Shown here piece after piece: positions 1-14,800 of a stretch of 64,000 nt of DNA (positions are counted from its first letter, which is position 1; each line of letters opens with the position of its first letter). A model generated the notes under the pieces. That model ran no database searches. It saw only the letters and a list, made by a program, of their open reading frames with translations, and had not been told where the DNA came from. This DNA is from Phoronis australis (lineage: Eukaryota > Animalia > Phoronida), in NCBI GenBank assembly GCA_002633005.1, contig NMRA01001015.1, forward strand, positions 424 to 64,423, in the 5' to 3' direction. A program made the position numbers and the translations under genes.

Positions 1-1519
1 ACAGACGGTTGTTTTTTGTTGAGACCTTGCTTATGGAGCCTGACCTCAAGCGCGAATGAACAGTCTGTTCTTTCATAGTTCAGATATGTATAACTTTACC
101 GAGTAACAACTGGAGACTATTTTCCTTTGGCTAACGGTAAGTGATTTATATAAATAAAAATTGTGGTGTTGTAAGCATAGATATAAACTCCACATCAAAG
201 ACTGCAAGCATCGTGCACTTGCACATGCCATACTGGTATTTTTGTGGACCGATTGTTCCGAATGTAGCGCTATTCATATGGCTAAAAGAGGCAATGTACA
301 TTTGTTGCCGAGTTTTCCATCAAAATTTCACACAACACTGGATTTGCCGCCCTTCTTCCATTCAGACGAAAAGTCTGTCAACAAGACAAAAGTTGTGAGT
401 CTCTCCATTTCAAAAGCGTTACACGTGATCAAGGGAACTTTATTGTGTCTCATACATGTACGTTTTTACCCCTTCACCGAAAAATTGCGCAAAACTCGTA
501 AAATGTGGCAGAAACGCACTACTGACAATTTTCAGTCAAAAATCACCCCTTACCAATGCATATACGAGCCAACACTAGATTCTGAAAGAAGATTTACCTA
601 AAAGTTCCATAAATGTGGTCACAAAGTACTGCCATTCAATCATTTTTTTTGCAATTTTGGGTTGTTTGAGGGCTACCTAAAATCGCATCAGATTACTTGG
701 TCGACGAGCGGCAATGCTACAGGGACAGCCATTCCGAAAAAATGTATCTATAGTCAAACCAGTTGGGCTTTTCTCATTCACACCACGTTCAAATACAATT
801 AAGCCAGATACACAGAACTTACTTGTAATGCATACCCAACTGCCGTCAAACCTGACCTATTCTACCTACAAAAAGTGTCAATTCAGTGGCCGTGGTTACA
901 GTCTAACTGTATAATGCCACCAAAGGCATTATCAATGTCAAATCCAAATGAACTGCCGTCAAGCCTGACCTATTCCACTAATTTATACAAAAACTCCCAA
1001 TTCAGTGACCGTGGTTACAATCTAACTGTACAGTGCCACCAAAGGCATTATTAATGTCAAATCCAAATGAATGCAATCTCTTGTTGGCTCATTGCAAACT
1101 CTAAGACATAGCCGCATGCCAAATTCGTTTTCTGAAGCACAAGGAAGTGCGATGGTGTACGAAGAATTGTGGAATGTGCACTGGTGAAAACTGAGCTGCC
1201 ACGGCACGTACATGTATTAGTGTAGAGAGATGTTCTTGGGTTGCGTGAAGGCTGCGCCTTTGTCCTATAGGAAGCTGTGAAAGAACATAATTATAAGTTA
1301 ACGGAGCTTGACGAGTCGAAACCCAGGTCCGTACGCGAATTCTATCCGTGCGTTACACTTCACACCAAGAAGTGCCTGACTGAAATGGACCCAAGCGCAC
1401 TTTCGGAAAAACGGAATCGTAGCTATAGGAAGTTTCTTGGGACACAGTATCACCAGTATCCCCCTCAGCACGATGTGTAATGTTTGATTTAACTGCACAG
1501 AACAAACCATGTTTTTCAG

Positions 1520-4500
1520 ATGCTGGCTTGATCCGACTAGCCTTACGGGGAATTAAGATTGGCGTGAAGGCAATTGTTGGCGCAGTAACTGGCGGTGGAA
1601 CCGCTACAGTCGTTACAACGGCTGTCCTTACAGCTGCCGATCTGGCACTGAATTTAGGTAATATTTCATAGAAGAACATTTCATAACTTATACCTCAGTG
1701 ATTTTATACCATTGTAGAACTTCGATTATCTGTCTTTTACTGGGAGGACGTTTTACTAAAATGTCATTGATAAATTCAATCAATCTTCGAATAGCATTAT
1801 ATGAAACCGGTCAACCAATCCTGAATCGTGTTTCGGCGACGTATTGGCTACATAGGGTGTAGCACCTAAATAGAACAGGGCGTTCTTCTTCAGACGAGCA
1901 CCTGACCAACTATAAGCAAACTAAGAAACATTTTCAGTTAAACGCCTAAGAGATCGTTTCACAGTTGTTTCAAGTTTCATGCATTTTAGCACTGAAGGGA
2001 ACAGTAGCCAAACTCAATGCACAATAGAAAATAATCCTTTGACAGTACGTCTATCTATGATCTAACTTTGACTAAGTTGTATGTGTACAAATCTTGCGTT
2101 TGTTTGCCTTCTCTCTATCAAGTAATATCACTCTTCTGAGCGGCACGTTAATTATAGCGTTTAATTCCTCAATTAAGTCCCCCCTGCCTCGTTCCTTCTT
2201 ACCAACTGCGAAGCCAAAGCTTCCGGAAACGGTTTTCGCAGAAATTTCCGTTAGCTTCATGACGCTACTGTCATAGATGTGAATGAACAGGTTCAGCTCA
2301 GCGAAGCAAATCCCTTTCAGGTAACGTGTTGTCCAAAGGATGCATGTACGAAAAAGAAATTTGCTCGCTGACACCAGAGATCGAGAACTTAGAGAAGGAG
2401 ATGGCACCATTGTATAACCAACTGACGCTGCTGGACCAAAAGAACACCAAGACGTATAACGACCTGACGAAAAATCTGGAGAAACACAACGAGCTTGCGA
2501 CAGAGGCCAACAAAATGCAAGCCCTCGTCGTGTCCATTATTCAGAAGTTGGGTGACCCCGCCAAATTAGATCGTCTTGGAGAGGAGTTTGAAAGAAACAC
2601 AAAAAATCTGGTTAACACATTTGAAACCGAACTTCAGCAATACCAAAAGTCGATGGAAGGCAAAGCGGTGATGTCTGGAATTGCAGACTCTAGTCTTCTG
2701 CTCTATTTTGGTGCCAAACAGGCTTACACCAGCTTAAAGACGGCCGGAAAGATTTCATCTCCCAAAATGTTGAAAACCATTAAATTTCCTAAGACAGGTC
2801 TGACGAGCTTGGCAAAACCAAAAGTTTTCACGAAGATATCGTCTTCACTGACCACAGTTAAAAACTTCTTCAAGAAACCCAGCGTGGCCAAGTTCGCCAG
2901 CAAGGCCGCCAGTGGTGGAATGGTCCTCGGGAGTCTGGTCGGTTTGGGAGTCACGTTGGCTGTGGACATTTCTCAAGCAAAGAAGATGAGAGATTCTCTG
3001 CGCAACACGCGCGACGAGATGAAACGTACCCTTAATGAGCTGAGGAATGAAATCAACCGCGAGAAGACAACTGAGCGAGACCTAGCCGCTGCATTCCAAG
3101 ACATCAGGAAGAAGCACATTGAGCTGGTTCAGATAATCAACCCTTCCTTGAAGAACAAACTCAGCACCAGCGCAGGATCTAACTCCGCTCAACTGTACAA
3201 TGTAAGTACCAAAATGTTGGGGGTCCAGCTTAAATGGCGGCATGGCATGAAATTCCCTGTTAGTATAGGATTGGTTACCATGTCTTCCTTTTCAACACTT
3301 TCGTCGGTGTTTGACACTTCTCATCTAAATATTCAACACCTCTTTCCATGCTTACTACATATTACACATCAACTTTTGGCACGGCGCAACTGACACGGAG
3401 CAAATTGATCGGTACGTGTCAAGCGTCCGTTTACACACACAACTCACTATCTTTGGCAAGACGGAAATTGAATACTGGAGAATGGATCACACGTGCGCAG
3501 GTTTACAAATGACGGGAGTTGAAGAGACAGAGAACCTGTATTTAGGTCATTACACAAGCGCAGTTGAGATGATCCTTTCCGTCTTGCCCCAGTTTCGCGT
3601 TTAGACACATAATTGACGCGGAGGAGGATGTTCTTGCGCAAATTGCTCTACCTCAAAAACGGGTGGCAAAGTTGCCACCGCGGTGTCAATTTTCTCCAGT
3701 TCAGTCCCGTTTACTCACGTACTTGGCTGGAACAACGCGTTCCGTGTCAGCTGATCCGTGTCAACTTTTGTAGTGTAAATGGCGCTATGGTCTCGCTGTC
3801 AGTCATGAATATTCTCCACATATTTCTGTATTCGCTCATCGCTCCGCTACAAAGCGCTGACCTGCAACACTTCCGTTCTCAGTAGATGTTTTCAACTGAC
3901 TTTGCTTTAATTCTAAACTAAGGGGACCGCGAATGAATTAGAAAACTAATAAACGTCATGACTGAAGCGATTCTCGAATACTGTTGATGGGAGAGTTCGC
4001 GTACTTCGCCGGCACCTCCCCTTGCTACGGGCCTTTGAGGGAATTGCAACAGTTTACCTTAAAAGCTCACGTCACGTTGCAAATCATTTAACCTGTTTTA
4101 AGGTGTACCCGTGGCAAAAGCTTTTCAGTGCCAATTCAAATGAAGTTCCTCAATGAAACGTTCCTTGTTTTGCAAGTTGTTGCGTTTTCACCTAAGTTGT
4201 GGTATCAAAATCAGTGCCTTTCCATAAAACCTCTTTCCTTTGTGGCACAAACGGTCGATCCAACTGTGTACTTCTTCAATGGCCTATTTCTTTCAACCAA
4301 CATGAAACATCGTTCGGTTTCCTTACAATGTATGCGTCTGTCACATTCTAGTACCAAGTCCAGGCTTTGGCTGTGTTCAGAAGACTCAACGCTGAGCTTA
4401 CTAAGATGGAAATCAATTTCTCAGTTATCGAGGAGGTTACAGCCGGTGTAGAGATGGGAGATGATTTGAACCGCATTCGAACCACTATCCAACGAAAAGG

Positions 4501-4603
4501 ACTGGGATCTTTCAACGAAGGGGAGATCTTGAACATCATTGCTGAACAGTTCCCCAGCAAAACCTCCTACAAGGGAAAAGACCTTAAAAGATATAGAGGT
4601 TAA
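1520..4603 (+). CDS. Secreted coiled-coil/hydrophobic-hairpin protein, copy 1 (5'-partial; exons 1520-1657, 2321-3201, 4352-4603; signal-peptide exon upstream of window)
   Basis: AG/GT-bounded exons of 138, 881 and 252 nt join in frame (DAGLIRLALRGIKIG...LNL|GNVLSKGC...QLYN|YQVQALAVF...KRYRG*). Exon sizes are identical to copy 2, with about 10 aa differences. Confidence 0.88.
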
Positions 4604-6409
4604 ACGGAAAGTGGCAACGTTTTTCAATAATTTCTTGTAAATTTTGGTAGAATAATACCGATTTTTATTGCAAATGAGTTATTATTGAAAAGGTGAAAAG
4701 TACTGAATTCCAGACCACTGAATGCAGTATTTCAGGATACGCTATCCAGCTGACCGGAATTTTGTACTTTCAATAAAAAGTAGATTACGAAAAAAGTCAT
4801 GCGAATTGATTTCGGATCACTATCGAAGTACATGTAAGCGTCAGTTTCGGAGTTTCTTGGATAAATCGAAGGTTTTCTCGTGCAACAAGGTTTACGAAAA
4901 TCTTGAGTAACGTCTCTCCTAAGTCAGTTTTTATCTTTTTCCTATTTTATTTGCAATGTGAGTTGAACAGTTTTAATTCGTAGATCATATTTTACAAATT
5001 TTCCTGTCCTGTATTTTGGTTTTTGCCTTTATAGCAAATCTGAAATTACCTCGCTGTTTTGGATTGTCCTACTTTTTAAAAAAAAAAACCGCCACACCAT
5101 GTAAATGCCCCGCTTTTTAACACTCTGCCAAGTTCACATTATTATCATAATTTCCCTTGCGACATATCCTTATGTTCCCGCTCGACTAAAAATAAAAAGA
5201 CGGGCCNCTCAGATATCGGTCAGGTTTCTTTTCTTTTTAATCCACCCATAGATTTTGCGAACAGAAAGCGCACATCTTCGGCTCCCGCAACTTTCGGGCC
5301 GCCTTTGCATACAATCGCGCTTTGCTCAATTTCCCAAGACAAACATAATGCCCCCCCCCCTTATGTTATCATAGATCTGCCACTGATCTACGGTGTTGTC
5401 AGAATCGTCAAAAACATCAAAACAGCCTATCTTTGAACGAGTGAAACCCACCCACAATTAACTTTATCAAGAATTTTTTAAATTTAAAAAGACTTTTTTG
5501 TTACAAAATATTCGTCCGCGGTCGTAGGAAGCGTAGTGATTTATCTTGTACACATCGGAAGCGAACAAATGAAAGAAATAGAGTAAAACATTCAAATTTG
5601 GCCACGTGACTTAAAATGCAACCAGTTTTTTATTTCATTAGCACAACAGTTTTGAACTTGAGCTATTTTGTTTGTGGCGTATACAAGATTGTGATTAGTT
5701 TCAGCGTGAATTGTCCTATTGCATGATCAAAAACTTATATGGGCAATCAGTTGAGAGATGCGACAGAGAGATGATGGAAGAACCAAAAACATTTTATGTG
5801 CCCGAAGACGCTGGTTTGTTGTTCCTTTAACGATATGTCAGCAGGGCTTGGCAGCAGCTGACGAATTTTAAGCGATATCCTATCGTAGGGATTATCACGA
5901 AGAGACGTAAAATGTTTGAGACTTCACACATGCTGTTATTCCTGACTTTCGGGCAAGCTGGTAAGTGTGCAAACTTCAGTGACTACATTCCCGTCGTGAC
6001 TTAAGCAAAACAGATCTCAATCTGCTCTCATGCGATACCTGGGATAAGATTTGAGCCTAAAAAATTGTTTTTATCAAATGAAATTCTGTCAGTTTCGTCC
6101 AGTTTTCCCAATAAAGTTTCATGAAACAGTGTTGGTTTTCATGAGTAACGTATTCGAAGATGTTTTTAAACGTCTTTCATCCATTCATGCACATATACAT
6201 ACTAGTAACATACGTACATATAAATACGTCCTGAAGAAAATATGATACTGATTAGTTATTTTTTGTCATTTCTGTAGTTGATGAAGTTACAAATTTTACT
6301 AATTTCATGTGACTGTGAATGTTTCCAATTTCTGAGAGCAAAAGTTATGAGTAATGCACTGTCACTGTTAACACGTTGCAAATGTTTTCAGGTGTGAAGT
6401 ACTGGCGCT

Positions 6410-9400
6410 ATGAAGGTTTCCTTGATAGTAACGCTGTTGGTGGTGGCTCTTGCCCTGTCTACGACAGGTAAGGACGAGAGATGTCCACCATTTGCCTCGG
6501 CAATATAGAAGCCATTTTGCAGAAAAATCCAAACTAAAAGCAAAGCAGTACGTCACGAAATACAAGTGTGCAGATATCATCTTTCCGAACTAAGCACCAC
6601 TATCAATTCAGTTTCCGCACCATTCAAATTTTTTTACAAAAAGACTGCATCCCTTTCTCGATATACTTCATCAAGATCCGAACTATAAACCAATAAATGG
6701 TGTTGCGAAGAAATTTCTTGCCTTCTCAACACAGGGTGCCGTTTTGGCCCTGTACAATGTTGGTTCTGATTTTCCAGTGTTCGGAAAGTAACATCCTCAT
6801 GTTCTGCTACGTTCAAGATCTGGACACTTTTGACTCAGATTACTTAAAGCTGTCGTATTGGTCATTCAGATGAGAAGGGAGTCCTGGGTTTGCAAGGAAC
6901 AGACAGTTTGTTTTTGTTGAGAACTTGCTTAAGGAGCCCGCCTGACCTCAAGCGCTAATGAACAGTATGTTCTTTCTAAGTTCTGATATACAGTGTATAT
7001 AACTTGACCGAGGAACAACTTGAGACTATTTTCCTTTGGCTAACGGTAAGTGATTTATATAAATAAAAATTGTGGTTTTGTAAGCATAGATATAAACTCC
7101 ACATCAAAGACTGCAAGCATCGTGCACCAGCACGTGCCATACTGGTATTTTTGTTGAACGATTGTTCCGAATGTAGCGCTACGTTACTCATGTGGCTTGC
7201 TTCTTCTAAAAGAGGCACTGTACATTTCTTGCTGAGTTTTCCATGCAAAACTTCACACAACACTAGATTTGCCGCCTTTCTTCCATTGTGACGAAACGTC
7301 TATCAACAAGTTGAAAAGCTACGAGTCGTTCCACTTTAAAAGCTTTACGTGACCAAGGGAACTTTATTTTGTCTCATATGTTTGACCCCTTCACTTCCAC
7401 CGAAAAATTGCTCAAAACTCATAAAAATGTGGCAGAAACGCACTACTGACAATTTTCAGTCCAAACCCACCACTTTCGAATGCATATAAGAGCCAACACC
7501 AGATTCTGAAAGAGAATTTACCTAAAAGTTCCCGAAATGTGGTCCCAAAGTACTGCCATTCAATATTTTTTGCAAATGAGGGTTGTTTGAGCGCCAATTA
7601 AAATCGCAGCAGGTTCCGTGGCCGAAGAGCGACAATGCTACAGGGACCGCCATTCCGAAAAAGTGTATCTATAGTCAAACTAGTTGACTTTTCTCATTCA
7701 AACCATGTTCAAATACAATTCGACTTAAGCCAGATACAAAGAACTTACTTGTAATGCATATCTAACTGCCGTGCGAAGCCTGACCTGTTCCACATAATTT
7801 ATACAAAAAGTGCCAATTCAGTGGCCGCGGTTACAGTCTAACTGTACAATGCTACCAAAGGCATTATCAATGTCGAATTCAAATGAATGCAGTCTCTCGT
7901 TGGCTCATTGTAAGCACTAAGACGTAACAGCATGCAAAATTCGGTAATATCGTTTTTTGAAATATAAGGAAGTGCGATGGCGTACGAGAATTGTGGAATG
8001 TGCACTAGTGAAAAGTGAGCTGCCACGGCACGTACATGTATTAGTGGAGAGAGATGTTCTTGGTTTGCGTGAAGACTGCGCCTTTGTCCTATAGGAAGCT
8101 GTGAAACATATCAGATAACTGAGTTTGCTGAGTCGAAACCCAGATCCGTACGCGAATTCTATTCGTGCGTTGCCCGACTGAAATGAACCCAAGCGCACTT
8201 TCGGCAAAACGTTACCGTAGCTACAGGCAGTTTTTTGACACAGTATCACTAGTACAGCGAGCGGTAATAATTCCCCACAGCACGTTGTGTAATGTACATT
8301 TAGCTATACAGAACAAACCATGTATTTCAGATGCTGGATTGATCCGACTAGCCATACGGGGAATTAAGATTGGCGTGAAGGCAATTGTTGGCGCAGTAAC
8401 TGGCGGTGGAACCGCTACAGTCGTTACAACGGCTGTCCTCACAGCTGCCGATCTGGCACTGAATTTAGGTAATATTTCATAGAAGAAATTTTCATAACTG
8501 ATACGTTCGCATGGGCGGCGCAGCACTGAAAAAAGTGGGGGCTAAAGACACCCCAGCCCCCCCCCCTGTGGTGCACTGCCTATAGACCATGTGCGGCGTA
8601 GCACAGGAAAAAGTGGGTGGGCTATAGCACCCCAGCCCCCTTTGGTGCGCCACCCATGCTTAGTGACTTAATATCATTGTAGAATTTCGATTTTCTGTCT
8701 TTTACTGGGAGGACGTTTTATGTCATTGATGAATTCAATCGAGTCTTTGAATAGCATGTAGTCGGTCAATCAATCCTGAACCTTGTTTGGGCGGATGTAC
8801 TGGCTGCATAGGGTGTAGCACCTAAAGAGAACAGGGCGATCTACTTCAGACGTGCACGTGACCTACTATAAGCAGACTACCAAAGATATTCAGTTGAATA
8901 CCTGAAAGATCGCTTCACGGTTGTTTCAAGTTTCACGCATTTTCGCACTGAAAGGAACAGTAGGCAAGCTTAAGTGTTTGTGGTCGTTTTTATACTAACA
9001 CAATAGAAAAGAATCCTTTGAGGGTACGTCTATCTATGATTTAACTTTGAAGTTCTATGTTTGGTTCTTCAATTAAGTCCCCCCATCCCGTCTTACCAAC
9101 TGCGAAGCCAAAACTTCAGGAAAGTTTTCGCAGAAATTTCCGTTAGCATCATGACGTATTTGTCATAGATGTGGATGAACAGGTTCAGCTCAGCGAAGCA
9201 AATCCCTTTCAGGTAACGTGTTGTCCAAAGGATGCATGTACGAAAAAGAAATTTGTTCGCTGACACCAGAGATCGAGAACTTAGAGAAGCAGATGGTACC
9301 ATTGTATAACCAACTGACGCTGCTGGATCAAAAGAACACCAAGACGTATAACGACCTGACGAAAAATCTGGAGAAACACAACGAGCTTGCGACAGAGGCC

Positions 9401-11098
9401 AACAAAATGCAAGCCCTCGTCGTGTCCATTATTCAGAAGTTGGGTGACCCCGCCAAATTAGATCGTCTCGGACAGGAGTTTGAAAGAAACACCAAAAATA
9501 TGGTTAATACATTTAAAACCGAACTTCAGCAATACCAAAAGTCGATGGAAGGCAAAGCGGTGATGTCTGGAATTGCAGACTCTAGTCTTTTGCTCTACTT
9601 TGGTGCCAAACAGGCTTACACCAGCTTAAAGACGGCCGGAAAGATTTCATCTCCCAAAATGTTGAAAACCATTAAATTTCCTAAGACAGGTCTGACGAGC
9701 TTGGCAAAACCAAAAGTTATCACGAAGATATCGTCTTCACTGACCACAGTTAAAAACTTCTTCAAGAAACCCAGCGTGGCCAAGTTCGCCAGCAAGGCCG
9801 CCAGTGGTGGAATGGTCCTCGGGAGTCTGGTCGGTTTGGGAGTCACGTTGGCTGTGGACATTTCTCAAGCAAAGAAGATGAAAAATTCTCTGCGCAACAC
9901 GCGCGACGAGATGAAACGTACCCTTAATGAGCTGAGGAATGAAATCAACCGCGAGAAGACAACTGAGCGAGACCTAGCCACTGCATTCCAAGACATCAGG
10001 AAGAAGCACATAGAGCTGGTTCAGATCATCAACCCTTCCTTGAAGAACAAACTCAGCACCAGCGCAGGATCTAACTCCGCTCAACTGTACAATGTAAGTA
10101 CATGTTGAATCCAGTATTTTCTGTTGGGGCTCCAACTTAAATACGGCATGGCAAGCCTGAAATTCCCTGTTAGAAAGTCTTAAGAATTGGTTACCATATC
10201 TTCCTTGTCAACACTTCCGTCGGTGTTCGACACTTCTCCTCTAAATATTTAACATCGCTTGCCATGTCTACTTCATGTTACACACCTTATAGTCTCGCTA
10301 TCATGAATATTCTCCACACATTTCTGTATTCGTTCATTATTTCGCAACAACGCGCTGACCTGCAACACTTCCGTTCTCAGTAGATGTTTTCAGCTGACTT
10401 TGCTTTGTGTATTTTATTTTAAACTAAGGGGACAGTGACTGAATTAAACGCCATGACTGAAGCAATTCTCAAATACTGTTGATGGGAGCGTTCACGTACT
10501 TCGCCGGCCCCTCCCCTTGCTGCGGGCCTGTGAGGGAATTGCAACAGTTTACCTTCAAACCTCACGTCGCATTGAAAATCATTTAACCTGTTTCTGGGCG
10601 TACTACGTGGCACAAGCTTTTCAACGCCAATTCAAATGAAGCTACTCAATGAAGCGTTTCTAGTTTTGCAAGTTATTGCGTGTTCATCGAAGTTGCGGTA
10701 TCAAAATCAGTGCCTTTTCATAAAACCTCTTTCCTTTGTGGCGTAGACGCTCGATCCAACTGTGTGCTTCTTCAATGGTCTATTTTTATAATCAAACGTG
10801 AAAGGTCGTTCAGTTTCCTTAAAAGAATGCTTTTGTCACTTTCTAGTACCAAGTCCAGGCTTTGGCTGTGTTCAGAAGACTCAACGCTGAGCTTACTAAG
10901 ATGGAAATCAATTTCTCAGTCATCGAGGAGGTTACAGCCGGTGTAGAGATGGGAGATGATTTGAACCGCATTCGAACCACTATCCAGCGAAAGGGACTGG
11001 GATCTTTCAACGAAGGGGAGATCTTGAACATCATTGCTGAACAGTTCCCTAGCAAAACTTCCTACAAGGGAAAAGACCTTAAAAGATATAGAGGGTAA
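6410..11098 (+). CDS. Secreted coiled-coil/hydrophobic-hairpin protein, copy 2, complete 442 aa (exons 6410-6467, 8331-8468, 9213-10093, 10847-11098)
   Basis: 58+138+881+252 = 1329 nt = 443 codons, with canonical splice sites and matching phases. Signal peptide MKVSLIVTLLVVALALSTTDA. A probable non-coding exon ends at 5960 (GTAAGT donor) and splices to the acceptor before 6392. Family not recognised with certainty. Confidence 0.9.
8510..8658. mobile_element. MITE (TIR CATGGGCGGCGCA) in intron of copy 2 only
   Basis: Terminal inverted repeats CATGGGCGGCGCA/TGCGCCACCCATG. Absent from the equivalent intron of copy 1. Same family as 35497-35640. Confidence 0.8.
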
Positions 11099-11841
11099 AC
11101 GGAAAGTGGCAACGTTTTGAAATAATTTCTTGTAAATTTTAGCAAAACAATACTGATTTTATTGCAAATGAGTTATTAAAAATAAGAAATGTGCAAAATT
11201 CCAGACCACTGAATGCAGTATTTGAGGATACGCTATCCATCGTACCGGAATTTCGTACTTTCGACATGAAGTAGATTATGAAAGAAGTCATGCGAATTGA
11301 TTTTGTATCACTATCGAAGTACATGTAAGCATTAGAGTCGGAGTTTCTTGGATAAATCGAAGGTTTTCTCGTGCAACAGGATTTGCGAAAAAACTTGAGT
11401 AACGACTATCCTAAGTCAGTTGTTTGTCCGATTTTATTTGCAATGCGAGTTGAACAGTTTTAACTTATCGATCATTTTTATAAACTTTTTTTTTGTATTT
11501 TGGTTTTTGCCTTCATAGCAAAACTGAAATTCCCCCGCTGTTGTTGGATGGTCCCACTTTTTTAATTTTTTTCCGCCACACCATTTTTAAAATGTCCCGC
11601 TTTTTGACACACGGCCAAATTTACATATTATCATGTACTGATATATTTTCCCACGTGACACATCCATATGTTCCGGCTTCACTACAAAATAAAAACGAAA
11701 CGTTTCATGGGTTTTTGCTACCGGTAATTTCCCATTCAACTATAAAAAAATAACAAAAACTGCTTGTGGGGCACCTTTGGGTGTTACATCTCCCGTTCGA
11801 CAGAAAACACTGCCGGTACGTCTTTGTGTGTTGCCGCAAAC

Positions 11842-14800
11842 ATTTCACCTTAAGTTTTGGCTTATACACATTTTCCGCTTTTTGTCCTGAAGTCAATACA
11901 GCGCTTCCGTTTTCTCGTTATTGAATGTTGACCGTGACAACTATGCAACAGGTGTTCAAAATGATATTATCTTTTTTAGGAATATTGTTATTTTCCAGAG
12001 TCTACAATCGTAAAAATGTATTCCAATGTCTCTTGTTTGCGGTAACTTACATTACATGTATCAGGTTCACTAACTTTACTTTCTGAAGAAAAGAGTTCAT
12101 ATGTAAACTTTTATGTAAAGTCCAACACTACTACCAATATGATGAGCTATCTACAGCACATTTCAAAGCTGCGTAACAGATGTTTGTCCATTTTTATCCA
12201 TATGAAAACCTTTATCAGCAAATTACAGATAGATAGGTGTAGTAGTTTATCGCATTTTTCGTAAAAGTCAAGAGCTGCATTCTGAATTTCTACTCAAGAA
12301 TGTATTTGTATCAAAGGGCACCAATGGCCCAATTAATTATAATATATACAGATGTATAATTTTGGATGAATATCTGACTAAATTATCCACGGCAAGTGTG
12401 ATGGGTCCATATTCTAAAACCTTGGGACTTTATAGGGTAGAAATCTTTTTGAATCATTGAAACTATTTCCCCAATGGCATAAGTAGTCATTTATATATTT
12501 AATTTCTCTAGTTCATTTCCATTTTATGTTACTATTACACGCTGTTATTTTTTGCATTTTGATTACATAATTGTTTCTTAAACCAGTCAGGTATACGGAA
12601 TGATAATAACTTATGAATTAAATTATTCACCTTGTGCTTCTAGTATAACCAACTAAAGAACTGACAATGTGTTTTCTAATGAGATGGCTCTTATGCAATT
12701 CGTTTGAAAAACGAAGGAGTTGGGAAAAGTTTTAATGACAGTAATTCCACAGCAAATGAACAAACAACTCTTACGCATGCGTGGCGCAACCTCAGCGACC
12801 GCGAAATAGGAGTTGGCATTCCAGGCGCGCGTTCTGTAACGCTTAGAGGACCTAGCTAAAATCTATACGAAGTCACGTGCTACCATTCAAATTACACGAC
12901 AATATCTCACGTAATCCCGCGAAGTCTTGGTTTTTAGCAAGGTCCTAGTGTTACTAAACGCCGGGGAGGCAGGGCTAGAATTCTATAGTCGCACCTACCG
13001 TATTAGCGTAATCAGGCGCAGTGTGCCTAATTGCGGGACCTCGCTTAGGCGCATGCCGGTCTATATGCGGAACAGTGTTGAATAGAACTTGCGTTGATCA
13101 CGGTGCTCCGGATATAGGGTCACCTTCAATGTTTAAAAAATTCCTAGTTTGCACGTGGACACAAGCAGAAAGCGAGTCATAAATGGTAGATTTGGATTGG
13201 ACGTGAGAGCCAGTGCCAGGGTAGTAAACAGACTCAGGTTGAACAATCACGACTAGATAGCAGTTAAAATGCTGTAGCAGTTGAGTATATGTGGAGTTGG
13301 GCCAAGTGTAGGCTAATATTACGTAAGTCGTTCCCGAAAATAAAGGTTGTAATGAGTTTCTTATTGTAAAGTTTTAGAATTTACAAAAGCGACGAATTTT
13401 ATATTGTTTTGCATGCGCGCACCCAGGGCCGGGGAGTCGGGGGGCTCGAACGAGACCCCCATTTGGCGAAGTGGGCAAAAAGGTCCGCCTCTGAGAGACA
13501 AAAAGTCCGGGAAAATGGGACAAAAGTCTACTAAACAAGCGTAAACGTGCACTCCACAGTGGCGCTCCCGTTTTNATTTCACCTTAAGTTTTGGCTTATA
13601 CACATTTTCCGCTTTTTGTCCTGAAGTCAATACAGCGCTTCCGTTTTCTCGTTATTGAATGTTGACCGTGACAACTATGCAACAGGTGTTCAAAATAATA
13701 ATGTCTTTTTTAGGAATATTGTTATTTTCCAGAGTCTACAATCGTAAAAATGTATTCCAATGTCTCTTGTTAGCGGTAACTTACATTACATGTATCAGGT
13801 TCACTAACTTTACTTTCTGAAGAAAAGAGTTCATATGTAAACTTTTATGTCAAGTCCAACACTACTACCAATATGATGAGCTATCTACAGTACATTTCAG
13901 AGCTGCGTAACAGATGTTTGTCCATTTTTATCCATATGAAAACCTTTATCAGCAAATTTCAGATAGATAGATGTTGTAGTTTATCGCATTTTTCGTAAAT
14001 GTCAAGAGCTGCATTCTGAATTTCTACTCAAGAATGTATTTGTATCAAAGGGCACCAATGGCCCAATTAATTATAATATATACAGATGTATAATTTTGGA
14101 TGAATGTCTGACTAAATTATCCACGGCAAGTGTGATGGGTCCATATTCTAAAACCTTGGGACTTTATAGGGTAGAAATCTTTTTGAATCATTGAAACTAT
14201 TTCCCCAATGGGTTAAGTAGTCATTTATATATTTAATTTCTCTAGTTCATTTCCTTTTTACGTTACTATTACACGCTGTTATTTTTCGCATTTTGATAAC
14301 ATAATTGTTTCTTAAACCAGTCAGGTATACGGAATGATAATAATTTATGAATTAAATTATTCACCTTGTGCTTCTAGTATAACCAACTAAAGAACTGGCA
14401 ATGTGTTTTCTAATGAGATGGCTCTCATGCAATTCGTTTGAAAAACGAAGGAGTTGGGGAAAAGTTTTAATGACAGTAAATTCCACAGCAAATGAACAAA
14501 CAACTCTTACGCATGCGTGGCGCAACCTCAGCGACCGCGAAATCGGAGTTGGCATTCCAGGCGCGCGTTCAGTAACGCTTACAGGACCTAACTAAAATCT
14601 ATACGAAGTCACGTGTTACCATTCAAAATACACGGCTCAATATTTCACGTAATCCCGCGAAGTCTTGGTTTTTAGCAAGATCCTAGTATTAATAAACGCC
14701 GGGGAGGCAGGGCTAGAATTCTATAGTCGCACCTATCGTATAGCGTAATTATCACGACTCGATAGCACTTTAAATGCTGTAACAGTTGAGTATATGTGGA

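Noticed and set aside
141-1480. Short ORFs repeated at about 6976-8249
   Set aside because: They lie in intron 1 of the duplicated gene, and reading frames are not conserved between the copies.
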